This document shows, piece by piece, positions 47,694 to 56,409 of a stretch of 64,000 bases of DNA; the first letter of the stretch is position 1, and each line of letters starts with the position of its first letter. The translations under genes and the position numbers were made by a program. The DNA is from a virus: positions 1 through 64,000 of the IMG/VR virus record IMGVR_UViG_3300044940_000489; one strand, written 5' to 3'. Under the pieces are notes generated by a model that did no database searches, was not told the DNA's origin, and saw only the letters and a program-made list of their open reading frames with translations.

Positions 47694-48729
47694 CATTATT
47701 TTCGTCGTCTTCAGTGTCGTATTCTTTGTCGGCTTCCATCTTCCAGCCCTGCTTTTTTACCTGATCGTAATAAGCTCCGGGCGGAGTCTTTGTGGCGGCA
47801 ATTACGGATGAGCTAGTAACAGATTGATCTACATTAGCATCGATCAGTAGTTCTGGGGATATGCCTTCAATTGCCGCGCTAGTTGACTCAATAAATGTAT
47901 GCTGCACTCGACCTCTTACGTTTAGGTCGCGGGCAAATAATAAGTTTGTGTCGTCTGATGGGTTCGGAATATATACTGGAGAATACGAATAGGTCCCGAT
48001 CTCGAAGTTTCTGGCTTCAAATAGGGTTTTCTTATACCTTCCAAAAATATAAAGGCATAGGGAGTAAAGGAACATAAGCTCGTTTGGTTCAGTGCTGATG
48101 CATGTAATTGTGTAATCTTCGTAAAACCATATGGATTTTTTATTATGCCTTACTATGTCTCTAGTCGGCCTAATAGTCATATTAGTAAAATCCGCTTTAA
48201 GATCCGTGTCTATTAGTAGTGTATGCTTATTTAGGACTATTTGAATTTCGTATGCCTGTTTATTAACTTCATCGTAAACGAACTGCCCCTCAAAAACTTT
48301 ATCAAGGGATACGTCATCTGGAAAAACTAGTTCGCCCGTTGCTGGATCGTAAGATTCTGGTGTCACTGGACCCAGAATAATATTAGGGCTAGGATATGCA
48401 CCGCCCAAAGTAGCTGGATCTACGGATTCAAAGTGGTCTGAATCACCTAGCCCCTGCTTCTGGGGGTCCTCGCTGCCTCCGCCAATTTTAATAACGATAG
48501 CGGGAAGCTTCGAGAGATCTGGCAGCCTAGTTTCCATTACTATATTGATTTGTTTTTTGGCAAGAAAATCTTTGAATCTATCAATCTGCTGCTTACCCCA
48601 GCTATCTTTTAAGTACCTATCTTCCATAAATTGGCACATGATATCATCAATAAGATATGGATTGCGGCGAATATCGGCCAGGCCAATTCTAATGGCAGTC
48701 AAAATGATGGTATCTGTTGCGGCTATCAT
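47689..48729 (-). CDS. neck / tail terminator-like protein
   Basis: LPAIVIK.....E....LG, YTITC...P.....LY pattern of tail-completion proteins; upstream of sheath. Confidence 0.55.
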   Translation of the reverse strand: MIAATDTIILTAIRIGLADIRRNPYLIDDIMCQFMEDRYLKDSWGKQQIDRFKDFLAKKQINIVMETRLPDLSKLPAIVIKIGGGSEDPQKQGLGDSDHFESVDPATLGGAYPSPNIILGPVTPESYDPATGELVFPDDVSLDKVFEGQFVYDEVNKQAYEIQIVLNKHTLLIDTDLKADFTNMTIRPTRDIVRHNKKSIWFYEDYTITCISTEPNELMFLYSLCLYIFGRYKKTLFEARNFEIGTYSYSPVYIPNPSDDTNLLFARDLNVRGRVQHTFIESTSAAIEGISPELLIDANVDQSVTSSSVIAATKTPPGAYYDQVKKQGWKMEADKEYDTEDDENNE

Positions 48730-49496
48730 TTCAAAATATCCTTAATCATTTCGGACCACATTTTATCGACTTCATCGGAAACTTCATCGAAAATTTTAGC
48801 GCCATCATAGCCCTTGGTTTCCCAAAGCCCTGATCCCTTGTGCTTGGAAGAGATTGTTCTGAATGTAAAAATATCCCTCTTAATCTTAGTCTTGCCAGAT
48901 GCCGTTTTGACTTCGCGCTGGTATATAGTTAAGCCTGCCAATAGTGGCTTGTTGAACTTGCTGATAGGCTGGTTTTTATCGTCTATCTTCACTGTAGCAA
49001 CTTTTCCAAGCTTTGGTTTTCCAGCTCCGTCTGTAATAATCTTATCGAGACCCTGCTTTTTGATTTGAGATTTTGCGTAATTTGCAATCCTAACTTGGAC
49101 AGCAGACATATCTGACTTGGGCTTGCTATGTTCAAATGGAATGGTCTTGTATTCAGAGCCGTCCTTTGCTTTTTTGGGGGGCTTACCATTGTTTAGAATT
49201 CGTTCTACCATACTGCCAGCAGGGTAGCCCTCTTCAATCCAGCCTGCGTCTTTTTTTAAGGACACTGACCATATTTCTTGGTCCTCGCCGCTATATATCT
49301 TATCGACGCTTAGGTTTTCAAGGTATTTTTTGCGAGTGGCGTTTAGCTTAGATTGGGCCTTCTGAAGTATTAGCGCGTGCGTTTGAATCGCGAGAAGCTG
49401 CACACCCTCTCGAGCACGCTTAACGGCCTCATCTGTCAGTTTTTTGACATCCTGGCCGATTTCTGCTAAAGCTTCTTCAACGGAATAGGATTTCAT
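48726..49496 (-). CDS. neck / tail completion protein
   Basis: AQSKL..T...Y, WIEEG, IPF.H, FTFRTIS....W..G pattern; position. Confidence 0.55.
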   Translation of the reverse strand: MKSYSVEEALAEIGQDVKKLTDEAVKRAREGVQLLAIQTHALILQKAQSKLNATRKKYLENLSVDKIYSGEDQEIWSVSLKKDAGWIEEGYPAGSMVERILNNGKPPKKAKDGSEYKTIPFEHSKPKSDMSAVQVRIANYAKSQIKKQGLDKIITDGAGKPKLGKVATVKIDDKNQPISKFNKPLLAGLTIYQREVKTASGKTKIKRDIFTFRTISSKHKGSGLWETKGYDGAKIFDEVSDEVDKMWSEMIKDILK

Positions 49497-49502
49497 GATG
49501 TC

Positions 49503-50684
49503 CTACTCCTGGACTTTAGGTTGTCCTGAAAAGGTTCGCCATTGGCCTTCTTCGGTCTTCTGCCTGGCTTTTCCAGGTGCATACTGCCTGATAGAGCCGG
49601 GTGCATAGTGGGGGAGCGGATGAGTGACGCGCTTATCCTGATGCGTTCTTACTGGATGCACCTTCTCATTTTGAAGATGGTGCTCAATCTCCGCTTGACC
49701 CATATGCGATTCTACGTTTTCGCCAGTCTGCTTTTGCAGCATGCCGGAAAGTATTTTAACTAGCGCGGCAAGTGCCGGGCCCACATTGGGATTCTTAAGG
49801 TGCATGTCCTTAAATTTATCCTTGTTCATATGAACAAGCTTCAGCGCCTCTATTGCTTTCTGCTGTAATCCCTGAGGCACTTTAGCTTTTTGCAAAGCTG
49901 AAGCTTCCTCATCTGGATTGCCAGTACTAGACCGGTCATAGCTAGATTTAGCAATGACATCATTATTATCAGACTGGATTCCTTCATGGCTGTCCTCTTT
50001 ATTTTGCCGTATAGCTCTTAAAATGGCTTTTTCTTTTTCATTAATATATTTTTTCTTATGATCTTCTAAAGTTTTGTTAATATCTGATACAACTCTATCG
50101 GACGCTTTTTCTTCGCTGGCCTTGCTAGCTTCGATCATTTCTGCGATAGAAGATATAATCCCAGCTATACCGGCGTAGGCCTCTGGAGAAGTTTCTTTAA
50201 TCTCTTCAATTGCGTCTTTGTTCTGCTGAATAGAGGAAAGGATTTCCGCAATCTGAGCTTTTTCTTGAGCGCTAAGGTTCATGTCCTCTGACTTAAGCAT
50301 CTCATCTTCTTCTGAAACTGCTACGGTCTGCTCGCCAGTTCGGATATCCGGAGTGTACACTTTTATGGCTTTTTTCTGATCTACTGCTACGGATAAAGCT
50401 TTGGAAGCCTCTAGCGTATCTTCGCCAACGCCAATATGAGCTATTAGCCTATATTTATCTGTTAAGATATCAGATATATCTCGCAAGACCTCAGCCTTAT
50501 CGTATGGAAGCTCAGCAGCAACGTCGCCCTTAATAGTAGTGACAATTTGTCCGCCAGCTTGTGAGATGAGGGCGTGAATAGTTCTGGCTGCCGACTCATG
50601 AACTTTAGCTACTTCTTTTAGGTCTTCGGCGTCGTGGTAAAGTTTACCATCGTCAAATCTAATTAGGGCTATAATGTTACTCAT
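49503..50684 (-). CDS. putative inner-head protein with N-terminal degenerate mCpol/GGDEF-like domain
   Basis: GGQIV...GD...IGVG....EASKAL pattern; MLKSE, IAKSS, LQKAK motifs. Confidence 0.55.
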   Translation of the reverse strand: MSNIIALIRFDDGKLYHDAEDLKEVAKVHESAARTIHALISQAGGQIVTTIKGDVAAELPYDKAEVLRDISDILTDKYRLIAHIGVGEDTLEASKALSVAVDQKKAIKVYTPDIRTGEQTVAVSEEDEMLKSEDMNLSAQEKAQIAEILSSIQQNKDAIEEIKETSPEAYAGIAGIISSIAEMIEASKASEEKASDRVVSDINKTLEDHKKKYINEKEKAILRAIRQNKEDSHEGIQSDNNDVIAKSSYDRSSTGNPDEEASALQKAKVPQGLQQKAIEALKLVHMNKDKFKDMHLKNPNVGPALAALVKILSGMLQKQTGENVESHMGQAEIEHHLQNEKVHPVRTHQDKRVTHPLPHYAPGSIRQYAPGKARQKTEEGQWRTFSGQPKVQE

Positions 50685-51780
50685 GGCCCCTCGCTTTTTT
50701 TAGTGACTGGTAGAAGGCGAGGATTGTAGCCTTGTCCCAGTCAGATTCAAAATGAATTTGATAGCTTCCGTCTTCGGACTTAGATACTTTTGGTTTTGAT
50801 AGTGCCTTAAAACACAAGCAATGCGACACTGCATGGCCGCAATCTGAGCACGAACCATTCATTTCGCTCTTACTGACTTTAAGGTAAGGATTTTTTACTG
50901 ACGTTACTGGTTTTTTATTGAGATCGCTATGGGCAGTTTTATCCCCATGAATTCCGGCTCTTGTGATTCCTTGACTGCCGCCCACTTTAGTTCCCGCTCC
51001 AGGAGGAGACGGCATCTTGGGCATTTGACCGGCTTTTTTAAGGACCTTCTTTACTGTTTCAGGAAGTCCTTTGTCTTTAGACGCTTTGTCTTTAGACGCT
51101 TTGTCTTTAGACGCCTTGTCCCATTCGACCACTGCATCTTTGCTGACAAGAGATTGTTTTCGTGCCGAAGTACGGGTCCATGTTTTTTTCTCTTTGGATT
51201 TGTGGGATTTTTTAAGCTCTTGTTGTGGTGCCGTTTGTACAATCACTTGGGGCTTGCTATTGGCAGCCAGTAAGAATAGCTGGTCGATTTTTTTATTAAG
51301 TTCATCTATCTGAGCTTGCAAATCTTTTGGCAAATCCGACTTAACCTTGGATTGCTCTTTGGGCTGCTCTATTTTTGATGCTTCTTCCGAATCTGCTGAT
51401 AGGGGCGATTCGTCATAAAGCTCAAAAGTACTTAGCAAGTGGGCTGACAATTGTGGTATTGAGCACTGAGAAAACTCGTGAACAATCTTGCCATCTCGAA
51501 CGATATGACCTTTGTATTGATCGGCCTCAAGTTTATTGACAAGGATCATGGCGCCTTCATCAAAAGGCAGCTTTATTTCCTTGGGCTCGCCAACTTTCAT
51601 GTCTCGCACTTCCTTCATTAGAAATGCAACGACAGACTTTGGGGCCATCTGGAGAGCATCGTGGGCTTCAGTAATGTCTACTACTGTTTTGGAATTTAGT
51701 TTTTGAATGGCCTTGCGAAGAGCCTGGTAGGCCTCTTCGCCCAAAACGGCTTTAATGAGTTTTGCCTGCTTGGGTGCCAT
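50677..51780 (-). CDS. putative inner-head protein with C-terminal Zn finger
   Basis: CSDC....CLC; (DKASK)x3 15-bp repeat; several LKKS/LKKA/VSKSE motifs. Confidence 0.65.
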   Translation of the reverse strand: MAPKQAKLIKAVLGEEAYQALRKAIQKLNSKTVVDITEAHDALQMAPKSVVAFLMKEVRDMKVGEPKEIKLPFDEGAMILVNKLEADQYKGHIVRDGKIVHEFSQCSIPQLSAHLLSTFELYDESPLSADSEEASKIEQPKEQSKVKSDLPKDLQAQIDELNKKIDQLFLLAANSKPQVIVQTAPQQELKKSHKSKEKKTWTRTSARKQSLVSKDAVVEWDKASKDKASKDKASKDKGLPETVKKVLKKAGQMPKMPSPPGAGTKVGGSQGITRAGIHGDKTAHSDLNKKPVTSVKNPYLKVSKSEMNGSCSDCGHAVSHCLCFKALSKPKVSKSEDGSYQIHFESDWDKATILAFYQSLKKARGHE

Positions 51781-51789
51781 ATTGGAATA

Positions 51790-52185
51790 TTAACCTTGGT
51801 TGTCGTCGATATTAAGTCGCGTATCGTCTTGAACTAGATAGCATGCCAGAGTCGCTGCATTCCCAATGATGTTCATCTTGGTGCCAGTATTCAAGTATAT
51901 GTACGAATTTGGCGGAACCGCAATGCCATCACTAATGCCGGTAGGGGCAGATTGGGATTCGCCTGGGGCGAATGTACGAACAAATCCAACTGTACCTGAG
52001 TTGTTATAGATCCAAAGAGAGGCTCCGATGCCTACTGACCTGACCACGTTTAGGGCTCCGATAATGGTCAGTGCGGGGCCAACCGGAATATGCTTTTTGC
52101 CGCCTGCCAAAACATTATGCTCAACGGAAGTGATCGCACCTTGATCTAGAGCGCTTCTGTTGATATTACTTCTTTTTACTGCCAT
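51790..52185 (-). CDS. small beta-rich virion protein
   Basis: 131 aa with GAGGG RBS and its own late-promoter motif. Confidence 0.6.
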   Translation of the reverse strand: MAVKRSNINRSALDQGAITSVEHNVLAGGKKHIPVGPALTIIGALNVVRSVGIGASLWIYNNSGTVGFVRTFAPGESQSAPTGISDGIAVPPNSYIYLNTGTKMNIIGNAATLACYLVQDDTRLNIDDNQG

Positions 52186-52214
52186 TTGCTAACCCTCTTA
52201 AATTACTATCTAAA

Positions 52215-52247
52215 ATTAAGTTTTAGACTTAACTATTTGATTTTATT
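52215..52247 (-). promoter_or_regulatory. putative late promoter (IHF consensus + AACTTAAT)
   Basis: minus strand AATCAAATAGTTA-N7-AACTTAAT. Confidence 0.7.
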
Positions 52248-52251
52248 AGAT

Positions 52252-53184
52252 TTATCTGGGCCCTACGTTGCCGCCATCATCCTCTGTATCTAGCTGTGCA
52301 TCTATCTCATTGGATTCAGGGGTCCTTCTGTCCAGGAATACAAAATCTGCCACGATTGCCACTGAGGTAGGGCCTGGGGTGTACTTTATCTCTCCGTCCG
52401 GCTTAACTTCTAGGCCGTTGACTAGATCGCCTTGCTCATTAAACGTAGGGGTGATTCTTATGTCATGCGCGAGTTGTCGTACATAGAATGTCGGCTTGTA
52501 CTTGTAGCGAACTGCGATTACCCTGCTCTTGCCTGTCGCGGGGTCTATGCCTGGGCGGTTTGCCGTGCCGGTATCTATCCAGCGTAGGTAGCCTTTTTCT
52601 AGCTTGTAATCTTTGCCCTGAACATATTCCTGGCCCCTACTATCTACTACATGTTCAATTTCGCATGCTGGGAATTGTAGCCTATTAATCCCGGTGGGGT
52701 TAGCTAAAGTCTTTTCCCAGTTGACGCTAAAGAATTCGGAGCCCGATATGCATGGTATAAGTTTATCGAATTCTGCGAATGATGCATACTTATTGGTGCC
52801 CCGGTAGTACCGGTTAAACGTAACAAAAGCGCCAGACTCAGAATATAGGCCGGAAGCAATTTCCCTGAAACTTTTATTATTTCCCTGAAAAATGCCCCAT
52901 ACTTGACCTGCGTACTTATACAGAAAACCATTCTCAATGAAATCAAAATTCTTTGAGTTCACAAATTCGTTAGAATCTTCCTCATGGAAAGTTCTTCTAA
53001 GGTCGCCAATATTGGCTTCATGTATGACATTGGGAATGGCGACATAGTGATTAAAAACTATGCCTAACCCAGATATAAAGTTATTGGTAGCGTCATTATT
53101 AGGTATAACCGCATCCCATGGACTATTATAGTCCATAAGAATATTAACGTGGGTATCTGGTTTTCTATCAGAAGTTTTTGACAT
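52252..53184 (-). CDS. neck / head-closure-like protein
   Basis: NGFLY, RLQFP...I..V.D..G..Y..G.DY.L..G.L.W, VRY...P.FYV..L.H..R pattern. Confidence 0.55.
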   Translation of the reverse strand: MSKTSDRKPDTHVNILMDYNSPWDAVIPNNDATNNFISGLGIVFNHYVAIPNVIHEANIGDLRRTFHEEDSNEFVNSKNFDFIENGFLYKYAGQVWGIFQGNNKSFREIASGLYSESGAFVTFNRYYRGTNKYASFAEFDKLIPCISGSEFFSVNWEKTLANPTGINRLQFPACEIEHVVDSRGQEYVQGKDYKLEKGYLRWIDTGTANRPGIDPATGKSRVIAVRYKYKPTFYVRQLAHDIRITPTFNEQGDLVNGLEVKPDGEIKYTPGPTSVAIVADFVFLDRRTPESNEIDAQLDTEDDGGNVGPR

Positions 53185-53189
53185 ATGAC

Positions 53190-53837
53190 CTACTTAGTCC
53201 AGGCTTCTCCGATTCCAGAGATATTTGGAACTCTTTCATTGGGATTGTTTTTGGCGTAATTGCGTCTCCATGCTAGCTCTAAATTATATGAATCAATAGG
53301 TTTATAGGAAACATCCAGATCTTTGTGCTGGGCCATATTCTTAGAATGATGCTCCAGAGCTGACTTGTGATCCATTCCGGACATTTTATAATGTTTTAGT
53401 GCCTCATCCGCATGGTACAAAATCTTCATATTCTGGTTATGACGCTCTGCAAAATCATCAGGCGTTGGTTTTTGGGCTTCAATGCCAGCATGATGAGAAT
53501 GCCATTGTGCAAGCTTATAGTGATTTTCTGGAGTAGATAGGGACTCCCAATGCGCCATATGATCTTGACCGGAAGCTTTTTTAATCTTTTCGTACTCGGA
53601 CTGCGATTCCGATTTAAAAAGATTGCTGTGCCAGTTGATATTTTTTTCTACTTGCTCTGCCCTGAATCTTGCAATGCCGGGATGTGGCCCAGTACCCAAA
53701 ATCTTCAGATCCCCGCCGCGAGTTTTAGCGACAATCATTGACAGGCCACCCTTGGTGAGTACGTGCATGATCTCGCCTTTATCGCAATCGCCAATCTTTT
53801 CCATTTTTTCAATATCTTCTTTAGATAGTTTATACAT
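53190..53837 (-). CDS. putative inner-head protein
   Basis: AGAGGT RBS before ATG 53837 (MYKLSKEDIEK); LFKSE motif splits two segments. Confidence 0.65.
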   Translation of the reverse strand: MYKLSKEDIEKMEKIGDCDKGEIMHVLTKGGLSMIVAKTRGGDLKILGTGPHPGIARFRAEQVEKNINWHSNLFKSESQSEYEKIKKASGQDHMAHWESLSTPENHYKLAQWHSHHAGIEAQKPTPDDFAERHNQNMKILYHADEALKHYKMSGMDHKSALEHHSKNMAQHKDLDVSYKPIDSYNLELAWRRNYAKNNPNERVPNISGIGEAWTK

Positions 53838-56409
53838 CTGATACCTCTTTTGCCAAATTAGGCCCCTCAGTCCACAACATATCAATTATGTCGTCTGGAT
53901 TTGGAGAAACATTGATTAACTTTGTAACTAATAGCCATCTCGCTATTACTGGTTTTGGATCTAAATTATATTTTTCTAGTATAGTGGCCAATTGCTTCGG
54001 ATCTACGTTATTTAAAAAAGCTCTAATATTGTCCTTGGCCTTTTGTGATGTGGTCCTTGGCATTCTATCATATTTCTGTTCGGTACTCATCTTGTCTTTT
54101 ATTCTGCCGACCCTGAGGAAGTACGGAATAAATATATTTTCGTCTTCCTTGGGATTAAAATCCATTCCGGCAAATGCCGAACCATGATCTATAAGCTTGA
54201 TGGTTTTGCCATCGGTTAATATATTTTGTCCATGAGCATCGGCTTCACCAAGTATATACAAAACTCCGGCAAGTTTATGGATATATCCAGACTCTAACAT
54301 TGGAGCCAGAGTTCTCAGGAGCTTGTGCTTATCTTGAGAGTATACTTCCGAAGCTGGCTTAAATTGCTCGGGATACATTTTAATAGCTACAGCTGGAACT
54401 TCTTGTTTATTTTCTGTTAAAAGTTTTCCATAAACTGCTTTTGGGGTATAATTCTCAAGCCCAAAAATATCTTTGGCGACTTCATAGAATGCGGCCTCTT
54501 TTGCCACTTGGCTTCCAGAAAGAGATTCTACGGCAGGTCTATTCGGAACATCTACCTTTACAAGCCAAGAATTTTCTGGATCATATCCAACCACAAAAGA
54601 CTGATGTGTAAAATGACCCAGATTTTTTAGGCTATGGGTATGGCCGGCGCGCATTAATTCACTTATTTGTTTGGATATGTCAGAGTCTTTTTCAAAAGTT
54701 GATCTGAATTCTTCAAATTTTTGCCCGTTTTCTGACTTATTAAGTTTAGTATCTGAAGCCGTGCTTCTTGGATTTTCCAAAGCCAGCATTTTTCGATATT
54801 TATTAAACTTCTGGACATAAGGATGTGCCGCTATATCTTCCGGATGTTTTCCAAGAGTACCCGTAATTCCATTCAACCAAGCATGAGCCATGGCATTCTT
54901 GTCGCCATCAAATCTTCTCTCTAGCCTGTTCCAATGGGTGTTGGCTAATTCTCTTTCTAGATTGGGATTTGAAAGAACCAATTTATGTATTTTATCATGG
55001 TCATTAACATGATGCAGATTTTTAAACTCAGGATATTTTTCTCTTAGGGCAGGGCTTTTATTAATAATCTCAAGAGCCTGTAAAGGCATTATTCCAAATC
55101 GCCCAATAGCCTTAGTGCCGCGATTCAGGCCCGATGTAACAAGCGGGTGCTCTAATTTTTTGCCGCCCGAGCTTTCAATTTGCTTGATGGCATAAAGATC
55201 AGGGTGTAAGCTTACTTGCTCAACTGGCTTAATAATCTTGATACTATCTTTGGGGTTAATTGCGACTGTGGGTGCGGGAGCCATCGACTGCAGTGGGACG
55301 CCTAAATTGGCAGCGACGGCGCCTGCGGTAATCCATTTTTTAATGGCGCCCTTCTGCAGTTCTTCGTACGGTATGTCGTACTCATTTGCAGCAAGCTTCT
55401 TGCTTACCCCCCTAATATTCCCGGGTTTAGCTGGTGCCGCCATATTAGAGGGATCTTTAAATGAAATGTGCTGTGGTTTAACAGAGATTTTAGGATCTTT
55501 ATGTGCAAAAACGAGCTCTTTTTCTTCTGGGTGTGCACTTTTTTGGCCGTGAACAACAGAGTGCGTTCCAGAGTGCAAGATGTCTTTGACTGGCATCCAT
55601 CTACTAATTACTATGCCATGCCCTGCTTCTTGACCGGGAATCTTGTCTCCCCTCTCATGAGCAAACCGATTGGCCATATCCCAATCGCTTGTCCAGGACG
55701 ATAGCGGCGCTACAGGAATCTTGAGATGCTTATTATCGACTTCATTAGAAATATGATCGTGAGCCAAAGCATTTTTTATGTGTTTTGCATAATTGCCGCC
55801 AACCCCACGATGAACTAGTACATGAGGCTCTCCACCGATATTCTTTTTTTTCAGAAAATCGTCATTCATTACGTGGCGCTGGACTTCTTGGGCATAAGCT
55901 TTTAAATGCGGCAGAATATGGGACTCAGATTCTCCTGTATTGCCGCGATGATCTTTAATAGATTCATGGGCTCCTGTCAGCATTGACTTAACAGTGGCGA
56001 AATGCTTGGGGTCTACGGCCTTTTCATATCCATTCCACCAATCTGCGGCCTGCTTAAGTGGCTCATACTGCTCTGTATATTTAAAGTTGGGATGCCCCAT
56101 AAACTTTTCTTGCTCATAATGAGAATCTCTAGATGCATACGCCAATCTATTTAAGGTTTCTGCACTTAGATTTTCAGGCAAATTACTAGCAAGCTCAAAA
56201 AGAAACCCGGTTCCCAAATCTGGCTTACGCTCAATCCTATTTAATACCATGTTAATTGCGTATTCAGGCATTTCTCCCGAGGACGGCAGCCTTTGAAGGG
56301 CATCCCAGTTAGTTGGCAGGCGTAATGCAGTGTTTATGGCACTATCCCAATCGCCGTTTTCAATATGCTGATACATTTGTTTTTCTAAGTCTCTATACAT
56401 TAGGCCCAC
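53830..56409 (-). CDS. polyvalent protein: ADP-ribosyltransferase-like + lytic transglycosylase + PI3/4-kinase-like
   Basis: VHRG..SSWT..EKE; QIESSGG..AIG.FGIMP..AW..G; KE.A.Y..D.H.QN.L..LIDHG.AF. Confidence 0.75.
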   Translation of the reverse strand: MGLMYRDLEKQMYQHIENGDWDSAINTALRLPTNWDALQRLPSSGEMPEYAINMVLNRIERKPDLGTGFLFELASNLPENLSAETLNRLAYASRDSHYEQEKFMGHPNFKYTEQYEPLKQAADWWNGYEKAVDPKHFATVKSMLTGAHESIKDHRGNTGESESHILPHLKAYAQEVQRHVMNDDFLKKKNIGGEPHVLVHRGVGGNYAKHIKNALAHDHISNEVDNKHLKIPVAPLSSWTSDWDMANRFAHERGDKIPGQEAGHGIVISRWMPVKDILHSGTHSVVHGQKSAHPEEKELVFAHKDPKISVKPQHISFKDPSNMAAPAKPGNIRGVSKKLAANEYDIPYEELQKGAIKKWITAGAVAANLGVPLQSMAPAPTVAINPKDSIKIIKPVEQVSLHPDLYAIKQIESSGGKKLEHPLVTSGLNRGTKAIGRFGIMPLQALEIINKSPALREKYPEFKNLHHVNDHDKIHKLVLSNPNLERELANTHWNRLERRFDGDKNAMAHAWLNGITGTLGKHPEDIAAHPYVQKFNKYRKMLALENPRSTASDTKLNKSENGQKFEEFRSTFEKDSDISKQISELMRAGHTHSLKNLGHFTHQSFVVGYDPENSWLVKVDVPNRPAVESLSGSQVAKEAAFYEVAKDIFGLENYTPKAVYGKLLTENKQEVPAVAIKMYPEQFKPASEVYSQDKHKLLRTLAPMLESGYIHKLAGVLYILGEADAHGQNILTDGKTIKLIDHGSAFAGMDFNPKEDENIFIPYFLRVGRIKDKMSTEQKYDRMPRTTSQKAKDNIRAFLNNVDPKQLATILEKYNLDPKPVIARWLLVTKLINVSPNPDDIIDMLWTEGPNLAKEVSDV

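Noticed and set aside
51071-51120. 15-bp triple repeat (DKASK)x3 as a regulatory repeat
   Set aside because: Simple in-frame slippage duplication within a CDS
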